A DNA stretch of 64,000 nt from Nostoc sp. GTDB taxonomy: Bacteria; Cyanobacteriota; Cyanobacteriia; Cyanobacteriales; Nostocaceae. The DNA lies in NCBI GenBank assembly GCA_036918135.1, contig JBALDB010000067.1, positions 64,001-128,000 of the forward strand, written 5' to 3'. The position numbers and the translations under genes are program-made. How positions within the stretch are numbered: position 1 is the stretch's first letter; each line of letters starts with the position of its first letter. Under the pieces are notes generated by a model. That model ran no database searches. It was not told the origin of the DNA and saw only the letters and a program-made list of their open reading frames with translations. Below are positions 1-11,392 of the stretch, one piece after another.

Positions 1-1124
1 GTGTAACCAATTATTCTGAGATATTCGTCATTTGCCTGATGGATACCGCCGTAGACGTCGGCAAATGCAATGCCGATAACGTTAGCATCTACGAAACTTG
101 CCAGTTTATCTTCGTAGGCTCTAAGTACTTGTAGTACGTGTAGGTTTAGCCCATCGGACATATTGCGCCGATCGCTCAAGTATTCAATAACCCTAGCACT
201 TTGCCAAATCAAAACAGTAAAAATTACAATTAGGACGATGGCAAACACTGATACTGCAAAAGCTGGATCGTATTGTCCAGCGCGTTGAGCTTCAACAATT
301 ACCCACCCTACAAGAAAAGGTACTGCGATCGCCGTAACCAACAAACGTCGCGCAACTAAACCGCCGTAGCTATCATTTGTAACTACTCTCATTAAACCCT
401 GTTGGGTCTGCGCCCACAAAATGCCTATACCTAGTAAATTGAACAACAGCGCTGTGTGTAACGCCATTGATGTTGTATAAGGAGCGATGCTATAAAGAAC
501 TTTGACTTTGTAGGCATAACCCATAAGCACCTGAAAGGAAATCAAAGTAGTTATTAAAGCGAGAATTTGGGCACACCAATAACTGCGATGGTTTTGCTCG
601 TTGAGAAACTGTAAGGCTACGCTGACCAGTATAAAGTTTAGTGCCGTATTCACTCCCATTCGCCCCGGATGTGATGTCGCTAAACTGGTACGGAAGTCAA
701 GAAATAGCAACCGATCGATACCAAAATTCCAGCCGAACAGATATTCACAGAGTGTGAGTGCAGCAATTGTGGTAACTACTATTGCACAAATCCTAGAAAG
801 CAAAAGAATATGCGAGTAGCGGTAATTTTTTATTGTTCTTTGTTTCCCTGTTTGTTTTCCTTCATCTCCCCTTTTGCTTGTTCTCTCTCCTGTTAAGAAA
901 AGCCATAGCGACATACCAGACAGCACAAAGCACAGCGCTGTGTTGAATTTCATTGTGGCCAGACTACTAGGGAAACCGCGCTTGAGAACTTCAATTTCAA
1001 GCCACCAGCCAGTTAGAACCAAGCTGCCAACCAAAATAGGGATTGCACTTGCGATTTTTGCCACAAATGAATTCGGAGGAATTTTAAATATATCTTGCAC
1101 TTGCAAGCGGTTAACTTTTAACAT
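1..1124 (-). CDS. Membrane-bound PAS sensor protein (probable histidine kinase), N-terminal part; runs off the left edge
   Basis: Not in the ORF track because it has no stop in the window. Manual translation from the ATG at 1124 gives MLKVNRLQ...ILVGSLVLTGWWLEIEVLKRGFPSSLATMKFNTALCFVLSG (hydrophobic sensor region). The same frame near position 1 gives FVDANVIGIAFADVYGGIHQANDEYLRIIGY (PAS-like). Confidence 0.8.
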   Translation of the reverse strand, partial: MLKVNRLQVQDIFKIPPNSFVAKIASAIPILVGSLVLTGWWLEIEVLKRGFPSSLATMKFNTALCFVLSGMSLWLFLTGERTSKRGDEGKQTGKQRTIKNYRYSHILLLSRICAIVVTTIAALTLCEYLFGWNFGIDRLLFLDFRTSLATSHPGRMGVNTALNFILVSVALQFLNEQNHRSYWCAQILALITTLISFQVLMGYAYKVKVLYSIAPYTTSMALHTALLFNLLGIGILWAQTQQGLMRVVTNDSYGGLVARRLLVTAIAVPFLVGWVIVEAQRAGQYDPAFAVSVFAIVLIVIFTVLIWQSARVIEYLSDRRNMSDGLNLHVLQVLRAYEDKLASFVDANVIGIAFADVYGGIHQANDEYLRIIGY

Positions 1125-2066
1125 TGAGTGATTTCTAACCGCATCTATCTAGTGTAATAAACTACCATACTTCTTAAGGATTAATTATTTAGCTCCATTG
1201 TATTCTATGCTACCCCTTTAGTAGGCTTTCATCTACCTTTATACATATTTTTCATTGCACAATTTACAGTAATAAATAAATGGTGGTTCAAAAATCGACC
1301 TTTGTGAGGATTTTCTAATTACAAAGGATGTTATTAATTATGGTATTAGAAGCATTGCTCCTCAACACTACAAACTTTATAATCACTTCAGATAGTGGGT
1401 GTATCGAGAGTTTAGGACTTACGCAATCTACAAACTAACCATAATCTGTGTTACTGGCTTTGGTCGTTTCAGGCGCTTTGTATACCCTAATTTATTCACT
1501 TGCTTTGCGTAGGTGTAGCCATCGTAGCGAAAAGTCGAGCCAGTGCTACCTCAGTGCGTTGCGTCAGAATCTTCTAGCGTCTATTACAGCGGTTTTTGCT
1601 GTAGATCCGAAGGTGCAAGACAGAGGTATCTATTAGTGCAGCTAGCTGTATTCGGCGCAGTGCAAAGTCATCAGCCGTACTCCGAAGGAGAAGCAAGCTA
1701 TAAGTATAAGAATTTTAACTGAGTTCATTTTTATTCATATAGTTTAATTTTTTTTTGCAAATTTACATACAGGATAATTTGAATTAAGAGTATATATCTT
1801 TTTAAGAATTTGATTTTTATCAAGTATATTTTTTATGTCTATCATCCTAAAGATACAAAAATTATAAATAATACTCTAACTTTACAGAATAATATTGCTG
1901 AAGTCTAAACTAAAATTAACTTTATGAAAATGCTCAATTTATATAAACAAGATTACCTGAAAAGCTTTTACATATTTTATTATTTTTACCTAAAAATTTG
2001 ATTTTAATTATCACTTTAATAGAGCTATTTATAGCAAAAAACTTAGGCTTGAAACTCTACAAAAAT

Positions 2067-2828
2067 ATGCTAAACGACTCTGGTAAAGCAAGTTATATTT
2101 AGATAATAAGCGCAAAAGTTCTATAATAATCCCCACTTACAGAAAATATTTATACAGATGTGTGCGTTGTTAGTAGTGGGATAGCGGGGATGTCAACTGC
2201 CTATATTTTAATCCGCCAAGGTAAGTCTGTAATCGTGCTGGATAATGGTTTGATGAGTGGGGATCAACCAGCCCAGACAACAGCATACTTATAGAATATG
2301 CTAACTTATTGTTACTAAAGATTAAAGCAAATGCACGGTAAAGAGGGGCCAAAAGTTGTTGACCAAAGTCATATAACAGCAATTAAGTTAATACTATAGA
2401 GGCGATCGCTACCTAAGAAAAAATATTAACTACAATTTTGAGCAGCTTGATGGCTATCTGTTTCCCTGAGAGTTAAAATCACTCGATAAAATTCAGCAGG
2501 AGTTAGAAGCTGCACGCAGGTACACTCTTAATTAACTTGATTTTGGGACGAAAAAATACCTGGGCAGAGCTTTATGACCCATTACGTATGACAATTGGAG
2601 GAGTAGGTAATTTTAGATTGGAGAAGCTCAACGTTGCTACCCACTATTCAAATAATTACCCCCAAGAAATATTGATTCTGTGAAAAAACTCGCTCCTAGT
2701 AGGGGTGCAGTCTGTGCGGTATGGTTAGACAAAAGCCGCAGCTTCCTAAGACGAAAACGCCACACTCCAGGTATATTTGGCAATCTGTACTCACCTCAAC
2801 TGTATCGTCACTTGGAATTTCTCATAAA
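2067..2828 (+). pseudogene. Decayed FAD-dependent oxidoreductase with C-terminal Rieske domain (YhfW-like)
   Basis: Fragments PLTENIYTDVCVVSSGIAGMSTAYILIRQGKSVIVLD (eroded Rossmann GxGxxG), NTWAELYDPLR and AICTHLNCIVTWN (Rieske CTH motif), separated by stops, frameshifts and a large internal deletion. Confidence 0.7.
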
Positions 2829-3429
2829 GCTGAGTAGGCTATTTGCTTAGTTTTTTATTATTAACCAAGTGAATACACGGGAACTTCTTGTTCTAGGTTA
2901 TAGTCACTAATGACTCTTCCCAATCAGCGATCGCTGCGTTATGTTTCCAAAACTCACTTACCTTTATTTTCGGCAAGCTGTGCTTCACATCTACAGATGT
3001 ATACAGTTAGTGTTATCTCTTGTCAGTTTTTACTCAATTGTCTCTATAGATACAAAAATTCTAGCTAATTAGTCGTATTAACGCATATTTAGAGCAATTT
3101 TAAATTCCGATAATCAATCTACATTATTGGATAAATTCGGCTAAAACCAATTGAATATTAACATAATTGAGAATATTTGCCTGAAAAATTTATTCAAGCT
3201 AGATACTACTACACTTCACGCTTTTTTGCATCCGAAAACCTATATACTAGACTAGACTTTGATCGATTTGAGGCTTTGTTAATTACAATACCAAAAACTA
3301 TTAATTTTTAGATGAAATAGTAGCGTATCTTATAGTCTATAGTTTTTAAGGTTTAGTCAAAACTATATCCAGTATTATCAAAAAATTGCAAACTTCATGT
3401 GGTGTAACAATCAAGCGGGGAGTGAAAAT

Positions 3430-4257
3430 ATGAATTTACGTACAGATGCATTGCAAATCCTCAAAGAAACTAGCCGAACTTTTTATATTCCAATTAGCCT
3501 TTTGCCGCCGGGATTACAAGAAGCAGTAGCATCAGCGTATTTGTGTATGCGTGCCATTGATGAAATTGAAGATCATGCACAACTAGATAACGTTACTAAG
3601 ACGAAGCTGTTACGTACAATTAGCCTGAGACTACAGGCAGGGGTTGATGGCTTCCCAGTAGATGCTTTCTTTGCAGGATTTAGTGGGTATGAAAATTCCT
3701 TAGAAGAAGTTACTCTTAGGATTAGAGAATGGTCACTACTAGCACCGGAAACTATTGCACCTCGAATTTGGGATGCAACTGCTGCAATGGCAGACCGAAT
3801 GGGTTACTGGGCAGAAAGAAACTGGAAAATTTATACAGAATCTGATTTAGATCGTTATACGTTTGGGGTTGCAGGTGCAGTAGGATTGTTGCTCTCTGAC
3901 TTATGGACTTGGTACGATGGAACACAAACTAACCGTACTCAAGCAATTGGCTTTGGTCGCGGCTTACAAGCAGTGAACATCCTGCGTAACCATACTGAAG
4001 ATTTGAGGCGTGGAGTAGACTTTTTTCCACAGGGTTGGAGTGCAGCAAATATGCAAGAGTATGCACGGCGCAATTTAATGTTGGCAGAAAGTTATACCAA
4101 AGGTCTGCCTAACGGCCCAGCTTTAGACTTTTGCCAAATTCCCTTAACCTTGGCTAATGGCACTCTTGACGCCCTTGCTAATGGTAAAGAAAAACTTAGC
4201 CGCAGTGATGTATTTGCACTTCTCGAACAACTAATTGGTGTGAACGATTCACGATAA
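3430..4257 (+). CDS. Squalene/phytoene synthase family protein (probable squalene synthase)
   Basis: TSRTFYIPI, YLCMRAIDEIED (Asp-rich motif), YTFGVAGAVG and GRGLQAVNILRN motifs. ATG at 3430 preferred over 3397. Confidence 0.85.
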   Translation: MNLRTDALQILKETSRTFYIPISLLPPGLQEAVASAYLCMRAIDEIEDHAQLDNVTKTKLLRTISLRLQAGVDGFPVDAFFAGFSGYENSLEEVTLRIREWSLLAPETIAPRIWDATAAMADRMGYWAERNWKIYTESDLDRYTFGVAGAVGLLLSDLWTWYDGTQTNRTQAIGFGRGLQAVNILRNHTEDLRRGVDFFPQGWSAANMQEYARRNLMLAESYTKGLPNGPALDFCQIPLTLANGTLDALANGKEKLSRSDVFALLEQLIGVNDSR

Positions 4258-5403
4258 GTTAAAGTTTTGAGGTTTTGTCAAGAGTCAGTATAAAGGAATT
4301 CACTCATGCTAGCAAACTGGTTACAGTGTGTCTTCTATCTCAAAGCAATACCGACTAAAAAAACTGAGAAATCTTGACCATAATTGACCCGAATATTCGG
4401 GCAACAAGAATTTTTCTGGGGAAAGTTACTAAAAATTTCTTAATAATTCACAGTCCAGAGTTCTCTAACCAAAGCCGAAGATTCCGAAGCTTCAGTTAGA
4501 ATTAAGAATACTTTGATACCAAAGTGAATTTTTAAGAAAATTAAGAAGTTATACTACGCTTGATTTTCCAAATATTTTGGATTATGGCGACTGACACCTT
4601 TATTTTGACAAAATTTCGCCAATGGGTTCTGTTGCTTTCCAATAGAGTTAATTAAACACGTGTTTCATGATTTGCTGTCACAGATGTTGTGAAGACGATA
4701 CAAAAAAAGCCTTAAGTCTTTAATTACTCGCCTTTTTTCTTTTCCTTGACAAGTCCTACTTTACTCTAAGTTTTTTATAACTTTCGGAGTACGACTGGTG
4801 ACTTATGCCCTGCGTCGAACAGAACTGCGCTAACGGTCTCTCTTGCCGCCCTTCGGGTATCTACCGACCCGAAGGGTCGCACTAGACGCCAGCAGATTCT
4901 GAGGCAAGGCGCTGAGTTAGCAGTGGCTTGACTTTTCCCTACCTCGAAGAGAGCTACACAAAGAAACTGACGAATCATAAAATATCTTACTGTTCACAGT
5001 TAACTGTCATCTGTCATCAACTATAGATTAGGGTAGCTTTAATAAGTATTTATGGAACAGAAAAAATACAAGTCTTCATCAGCACCTAAAAACCTCAACT
5101 AAAGCGGACTTACTTCAAAAATCAACTTGATGTCTCTACAACTAAGATTCTGGAGTAAAAAAGTTGAAAAATAACACACCATCAAAGGGCTAACCATAAT
5201 ATTATCAAAATTATTAAAAAACGTTATTCTTTGAAAAACTGATTGCTTAATGAATCTAATAAATGTATTCTTAAAAGTGGCTTTTAAATGCCAACAAAAT
5301 ACAGTTTCAGTAAAGTAATCAGAGTGTTGTCGAAGGGGCAGGCGCACTCTCAATGACTTATGGTTAGAGTAGAATGCAATTTTTGATCTTGCTTGATTGA
5401 CCA

Positions 5404-6543
5404 ATGATAATTGTTGCTTTAAAGATAGTCTTGCTGGTTGCGATCGCTGCATCAGTAGCCTTTTATGTTTGGTGTGGAATCTGTCTTGTTTGGTTTAGAA
5501 CCACTGTCAAGCAGAAAATAAGTGTCAATCACCAACCAGTATCGCTATTAGTTCCGGTTTGCGGAGTAGACGAAGATGCTCGTGAAAACTGGGCTTCTTT
5601 TTGTCAGCAAGACTATGAAAACTACGAGGTGCTGTTTGGGGTGATGAACCCACAAGACCCTGCTGTCCCCATCTTAGAAGAACTGGTAGCAGAATTTGGC
5701 GATCGCGCCCAACTCCACTTTTGCCTGGAAGTACGCGGTATCAACCATAAAATCAGTAATCTGATGCATCTTCTCGAGTTCGCACGGCATGAAATTGTCA
5801 TTTTCGCTGATAGTGATATCTGCGTCGATCCCAATTACCTTAATACCGTCACAGAACCTCTTTGCGAGTCGTCCGTAGGTGTCGTGACCTGTGGTTATTT
5901 AGACCACACTCCCAAAGTATTCGGAGCAGCTTTAGCGTCTTTGGGACGATGTATTGACTTCATTCCCAGCGTGCTGGTGGCTCGTAGTTTGGATCGTGGT
6001 CTGCGATTTGCGATCGGTCCAACTATTGCCACCCGTAAATCTGTGCTAGCAGACATCGGTGGATTGCAGAGCGTACTCAACCGTATTGGTATAGATTATC
6101 ATATCGGAAAAATGGCGGCTGACGCTGGCTATCAGGTAAAACTCTCAGAATATATCTTGCAAAATAACTGTGGGCGTGAGACCCTGAAGAAGGTATTCCT
6201 CCGAGAACTGCGCTGGGCTAAAACAATACGTCTAAATTACGGGCCGAAGTACTACAGTATTGGTTTAACTTACGGCACAGTGTACTGCATCCCTTTACTT
6301 TTGCTGGGTGATTTTCAAAGCTGGGCAGTCATCGTATCCTTTACTACTTTCGCAATTAGAGTGATTCAGGTACTAATAGCTATCCAATGTTTGGACTGCC
6401 CGAAACTCTTATGGTGGCTTTGGCTACTGCCCATTCGTGAGTTGCTCAACTTTGCCATCTGGATTAGAGGCTGTTTCGGTCAAAGTGTCAATTGGCGCGG
6501 ACGAGTGCTGTATATTAGTGCAGGTGGCTTACTTACAGATTAG
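5404..6543 (+). CDS. Glycosyltransferase family 21 (HpnI / ceramide glucosyltransferase-like)
   Basis: N-terminal TM, VSLLVPVCG, QDYENYEVLFGV, GINHKISNL, FADSD (DxD), RELRW motif, C-terminal TMs and WRGR. Confidence 0.8.
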   Translation: MIIVALKIVLLVAIAASVAFYVWCGICLVWFRTTVKQKISVNHQPVSLLVPVCGVDEDARENWASFCQQDYENYEVLFGVMNPQDPAVPILEELVAEFGDRAQLHFCLEVRGINHKISNLMHLLEFARHEIVIFADSDICVDPNYLNTVTEPLCESSVGVVTCGYLDHTPKVFGAALASLGRCIDFIPSVLVARSLDRGLRFAIGPTIATRKSVLADIGGLQSVLNRIGIDYHIGKMAADAGYQVKLSEYILQNNCGRETLKKVFLRELRWAKTIRLNYGPKYYSIGLTYGTVYCIPLLLLGDFQSWAVIVSFTTFAIRVIQVLIAIQCLDCPKLLWWLWLLPIRELLNFAIWIRGCFGQSVNWRGRVLYISAGGLLTD

Positions 6544-6688
6544 TAGCTCTGCTGTTTTTCCATTCGCTCAAAATTCAAATAATATTAATCTTGGGGTCAC
6601 ACAAGTGTGTAAAATACCTATGCAAGTGAAGCACAGGTAAAAATTCTAAACCTTGTAACGACTAACTAAGGATAAAAGGAATCCGCTT

Positions 6689-7807
6689 ATGTCAGTCTTG
6701 CAGCAACTGATCGACGCCGTTAAGCTTCTGCCAATGGGTGGCCCAGGCATATGCAATATTGCAATCACTAATGTCTGTAATGCCAAATGTGATTTTTGTA
6801 ACTATGCACGAGACAAAATGTTCGTAAAGGAGCGGCTGTGGGTCGATTACGATCGAATGTGTCAGGGGCTTGACATTCTCTACGAACGCGGGATTCGTTA
6901 CGTGACGCTCGTTGGTGGCGAACCGACATTACATCCAAAGCTGAAAGAGATTGTGGCATATACGGTCAACAAAGGTATGCGACCTTCAATTGTGACGAAT
7001 GGATCGCGCTTGGGGTCTACCTTGATTAATGAACTTAAAATCAGTGGTTTGAAAACGCTGTTTATCTCTATTGATTCGCCATCTAATGAAGAACATGAAA
7101 AGAATCGCGGCTTGCCGAACGTATGCGATCGCATTAAGGAAGCCAATCAAGAATGCAAACGTTTGGGAATAAAAACTATTGCCTCGGTAACTATTAACAA
7201 GTTGATCGAAGACTTTCCCGAACTTCTAGATTCTCTTAAAGAACTTGGTTTTGAAACTGTAAACTTTGCCTATCCCAAAAGGGTATTAAACTCCTCTGCT
7301 CTCTCTTTTTCCCAAACCTCGGAGCTAATTAATTACAGCACAGATGAATTGGTTCAAGCCTTGGAAAAGATTAAGTCACTTAAAGGTGAATTTAGGATTC
7401 TAAATTCTAGCGAATCATTAGCAGAAATAGTGCGATTCGTCCGTCAAGAAAAGCAGATTTACCCTTGTGTTGGAGGATACAAATATTTTTACGTAGACTA
7501 TCACTTAGATATTTATCGATGCGATTATTGGCCGACTAAAATAGGTTCAATTTTTGAATTTCGCGATCGCCCCTTTGTTCGGGATCGTTGTACAAAATGT
7601 ATGAGTGGTTGTTATCGAGATGCTAGCGTACTCATACATCCTGCTGTATCAGTAGGTGATGCACTTGGGGACTTACGCCAAGGTAAATTGTTAAGTGCTA
7701 TCGGTCACTTAGGCAAGCGCAGCAATTTTCTTTCTTTAAAAACACTAATTCAAGAATGGAGTACGTTGAAGAAGTTAGCGAAAACTCATAGTCAAGGCGA
7801 TTTCTGA
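6689..7807 (+). CDS. Radical SAM protein with SPASM/Twitch-like C-terminal cysteines
   Basis: CNAKCDFC (CxxxCxxC), GGEP and TNG motifs; C-terminal CVGG...IYRC...CTKCMSGC. Confidence 0.85.
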   Translation: MSVLQQLIDAVKLLPMGGPGICNIAITNVCNAKCDFCNYARDKMFVKERLWVDYDRMCQGLDILYERGIRYVTLVGGEPTLHPKLKEIVAYTVNKGMRPSIVTNGSRLGSTLINELKISGLKTLFISIDSPSNEEHEKNRGLPNVCDRIKEANQECKRLGIKTIASVTINKLIEDFPELLDSLKELGFETVNFAYPKRVLNSSALSFSQTSELINYSTDELVQALEKIKSLKGEFRILNSSESLAEIVRFVRQEKQIYPCVGGYKYFYVDYHLDIYRCDYWPTKIGSIFEFRDRPFVRDRCTKCMSGCYRDASVLIHPAVSVGDALGDLRQGKLLSAIGHLGKRSNFLSLKTLIQEWSTLKKLAKTHSQGDF

Positions 7808-8377
7808 CAAATTAAGGTTTTGGCTGCAAATCTCAGATGAAAAAGCCTAAAACCTATTCTGTATAAATAAAAATGCGTATATAAATTAGTTGTTCTGGGC
7901 TTTGCTGTTTCCGTAGTTATACGGAGCAATTCACTGGACAGGATGTCTGTCTTCAAAAGTAACGCTCCTCTGCTGCAAGGTTGAAGCAGTCTGTTGGCTC
8001 TTTTCCCCCGCTTAAAGGAACTGCCGTTAAGCTACTGCTCGACTTTTCACTACGACGGGCTACGCACCCCTCAAATATGAAAGCAACTTTAAGTTCCACA
8101 AGCAAACTGGCAACAACGTCTCCTGCGACAAAAGCCTACCCAGGCTTTGTTTCTCAGCCACTGGGCATTAAACCGCAGTATTACATAGAAGTAGTTAATA
8201 GTGAAAGTATAATCAATTATGTTGTTATAAAAATGCTTTTACGTAATATCATGTAAACTTTAAAAACTCTTCAAAGGATTTCCAGCAAAAATTACCTGGC
8301 AAGAGTTGATTGAGATCTAAATAATTAAAAGAGAGTATAAAACTCCTATGATTATTCGTGCAGCGAGTTGACAGTGC

Positions 8378-9985
8378 ATGAGCTACTGCTTAAATCCTAC
8401 CTGTCGCAATCCAGAAAATTTGGTACATAGCCAAAGGTGTCAGTCTTGTGGCTCGCGACTACTGTTGCGCGATCGCTATCAGGTAGTCAAGCCAATAGGT
8501 CAGGGTGGCTTTGGAGCAACCTTCTTAGCCCAGGATCGAGTCTTACCAGGAGAACCAAGTTGCGTAATCAAGCAACTACGTCCCTCTGGAAATACGCCAC
8601 ATGTTTTACAGATGGCTAGAGAACTTTTTGAGCGAGAAGCCAAAACTCTAGGTAAAATTGGCAATCATCCCCAAGTACCCCGATTGCTGGACTATTTTGA
8701 AGAGCATGAACAATTCTACTTAGTTCAAGAATACATTAGCGGTGATACTTTGCAGGAAGAGGTTAAACTTAACGGCGTCTTAAGCGAAACTGGAGTCAAG
8801 CAATTCTTGAGCGAGATTTTGCCATTACTGCAATACATTCACGAGCAAAAGGTAATTCACCGAGATATTAAGCCAGCTAATTTAATTCGCCGTACTCAAG
8901 ATGCCAGAATGGTACTGATCGATTTTGGCGCTGTCAAAAATCAAGTTACCCAAGGTGCAGTAAGTCAATCGGGACAAACAGTATTAACTGCATATGCTAT
9001 AGGTACTCCTGGTTTTGCACCTCCAGAACAAATGGCTATGCGTCCAGTTTACGCCAGCGATATCTATGCATTGGGGGTGACATGTATTTATTTACTAACT
9101 AGTAAAACTCCTAAAGATTTAGATTACAATCCCACAACTGGTGAGATGATGTGGGAGCAGCTTGTGCAAGTGAGTGACCACTTGACCAATGTATTGCGGA
9201 AAATGTTAGAGGTCTCAGTACGTAATCGCTATCAGTCAGCGGCAGAAGTTCTCAGAGGCTTAGAAATAGAACCGTACTTAGAAAGCTTAGCACAGGGATT
9301 GCTGGTTAAATCTCCTGATTCTGGAGTTAAAGCACGAACACGCAACCATATAGAAGATTCTGCTGTTTTATGTAGCAACCCTTCTGCGGCTGTTACCAGT
9401 ACAGGAGTGGCGCAGGTAGCAGCAGCAATTCGCGCCAGACGAGCCAAGGCTGCGGAAGCTGCCGGATTGCACCACGCTTCTGGAATGGGCAAATCAACAA
9501 CTTTAGTAAACAGCAACAGTAATAATTCTCAAATTCAAAATTCTAAAGTTGAGCGCAAGTTAGATACCCAAAGTTTACTAACAGCCTATATGAAAGGGAG
9601 ACGGGATTTTGCCCTACACAATTTAAGTTTGCTCAACCTGCAAGGTGCTGACTTATCAGAAACAAATTTCCATTCCGCTCAATTACAAAAAACTAATCTC
9701 CAGGGAGCTAATCTGCACCACAGTGACTTTGGCAGAGCCAGCCTCACTCGAGCAAATCTTAAAGATGCTAACTTGAGCAAAGCATACTTTAACCATACCG
9801 ATCTTGAAGGGGCAGACCTGCGAGGTGCAGACCTTAGCTATGCTCATCTTACCAATGCCAACCTCCGGGGAGCTAATTTGTGTGGTGCTAATCTTACCAG
9901 TGCTAAAATTTCTGATGAACAACTAGCACTAGCAAAAACAAATTGGATGACTGTGCGCCCTAATGGTAAACGAGGCTTATTGTAA
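8378..9985 (+). CDS. Hanks-type Ser/Thr protein kinase with N-terminal Cys-rich region and C-terminal pentapeptide repeats (SpkB-like)
   Basis: MSYCLNPTC start, GQGGFG, VIK, HRDIKPAN, DFG and GTPGFAPPE motifs; A(D/N)Lxx repeats at the C-terminus. Confidence 0.92.
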   Translation: MSYCLNPTCRNPENLVHSQRCQSCGSRLLLRDRYQVVKPIGQGGFGATFLAQDRVLPGEPSCVIKQLRPSGNTPHVLQMARELFEREAKTLGKIGNHPQVPRLLDYFEEHEQFYLVQEYISGDTLQEEVKLNGVLSETGVKQFLSEILPLLQYIHEQKVIHRDIKPANLIRRTQDARMVLIDFGAVKNQVTQGAVSQSGQTVLTAYAIGTPGFAPPEQMAMRPVYASDIYALGVTCIYLLTSKTPKDLDYNPTTGEMMWEQLVQVSDHLTNVLRKMLEVSVRNRYQSAAEVLRGLEIEPYLESLAQGLLVKSPDSGVKARTRNHIEDSAVLCSNPSAAVTSTGVAQVAAAIRARRAKAAEAAGLHHASGMGKSTTLVNSNSNNSQIQNSKVERKLDTQSLLTAYMKGRRDFALHNLSLLNLQGADLSETNFHSAQLQKTNLQGANLHHSDFGRASLTRANLKDANLSKAYFNHTDLEGADLRGADLSYAHLTNANLRGANLCGANLTSAKISDEQLALAKTNWMTVRPNGKRGLL

Positions 9986-10607
9986 TTTGATAGTTCGGGT
10001 TTGTACAGAAGTTAGGGACTTCTAAATAAAAATTAATTTGCTTGAGAGGAGATAATTTGCAGGACTAATAGTTTGACGAGAAACCTTGCTATGCAACCTC
10101 TCTGGTTAATAAAGAGGACAAGGATACAAAGAGTTTCTTTTCTTTGATTGTCCTCCTTTGATAAAATTAAATTTCCATAAACAATTTTTAAGCTAACGGT
10201 ATTCTCCGATTAGTAATAAAACTATTATCAGAAAAATTCTCAATTTTACTTGAAAATGAGATTTTTTATGCTATTGATAATAGGAGTTTTTAAAATAGTA
10301 TTACCTAGCAAAAATACGTAGATATTATAGTAATCTTTATCAAATCTTTATATTTTTATCTATTACAAACAACAAAGGATTATTTACAATAAAAAATAAA
10401 CTATTACACAATTTATTATAAAGATTGTCATAATTATTATGGCTACAAAAACAGGAAATTTCATACCTAAAATTTGTAAAATTGAACCCTCCTACTAAGC
10501 TAATCAACTTCTCGAATGGCGGGGAAACAGAAAAAGCAATTATCCCTGATTGTAGGCTGGAGCAGAATATTCAAAACCGAAATCAGGTAGTATAAGGTTT
10601 ATATATA

Positions 10608-11321
10608 ATGGCTGACTTTGCACAAACAGAAATAGAACGGAGATTAACTTTATATCAGGTTTTCCTCAAGTTGTATGAACATAATAGCAGCCTTCTAGAT
10701 GAGATTCTTCAGCTAGAAAACCTATATTACCCCTCGTTAAAAACACTGAAAGCATCTTATGTGCATGGGGTAGTGGATACTACTGCTGTTTATTTAATGA
10801 CTAACTTGTGCGACAATCAGACGCAAAGTTTACAACAACCACAGCGGATCTGGACGATAGGTCGCAATCGCAGCAGTGGCATTTGCATTGCTGATAGTTA
10901 TATGTCTCGTTGGCACGCTGCAATTCAACATATTGATGAGCAAGGCTTCTACTTAATTGATTTTAATAGTACCAATGGTTCGTTTGTCAATGACCGACAA
11001 GCTCTTGAGCCGATCAAACTCAAAGATGGCGATCGCATTCGTTTAGGTAGTCTGACTTTTAATTTTTTTATCGAGCATAAGTCCCGCATTCTGCCAACTG
11101 TAGCAATGGAGTTGCTAATGCAGCTGATGCATCGCAAGAGCGATCGCAAAGCAGAAATACTTACTTATCCTGGTGACAAACCAAATGATAATTTAGAGAT
11201 TTTAACAAATTTCGGACTAGCCGATCGAATTGACCATTGGTATGACAACTTTAGCTCAGAACAAAAATCAGAAATTTTAGACCGTTTTTTTAGCAGACAA
11301 AACCCGTACAATCCCACCTAA
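10608..11321 (+). CDS. FHA-domain protein
   Basis: WTIGR, MSRWHA, DFNSTNGSFVN and LKDGDRIRLG FHA signatures. Confidence 0.88.
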   Translation: MADFAQTEIERRLTLYQVFLKLYEHNSSLLDEILQLENLYYPSLKTLKASYVHGVVDTTAVYLMTNLCDNQTQSLQQPQRIWTIGRNRSSGICIADSYMSRWHAAIQHIDEQGFYLIDFNSTNGSFVNDRQALEPIKLKDGDRIRLGSLTFNFFIEHKSRILPTVAMELLMQLMHRKSDRKAEILTYPGDKPNDNLEILTNFGLADRIDHWYDNFSSEQKSEILDRFFSRQNPYNPT

Positions 11322-11340
11322 AAAATTAAAAATAAAACAG

Positions 11341-11375
11341 TAAAAAAGGTGCGTTAGCTGTCTTGATAACGCACC
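11341..11375 (-). terminator. Rho-independent terminator of recA (may also serve the convergent FHA gene)
   Basis: Stem GGTGCGTTA (11348-11356) / TAACGCACC (11367-11375), with an A-run on its left that reads as a T-tract on the minus strand. Confidence 0.7.
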
Positions 11376-11392
11376 ATACCAATCAAAATTTC

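Noticed and set aside
601..1131. Two short plus-strand ORFs
   Set aside because: Antisense to the membrane PAS sensor gene at 1-1124.
6689..7807. Radical SAM gene as a RiPP maturase of the NHLP cluster
   Set aside because: About 15 kb away across housekeeping genes, no adjacent precursor seen, and paired with a glycosyltransferase.
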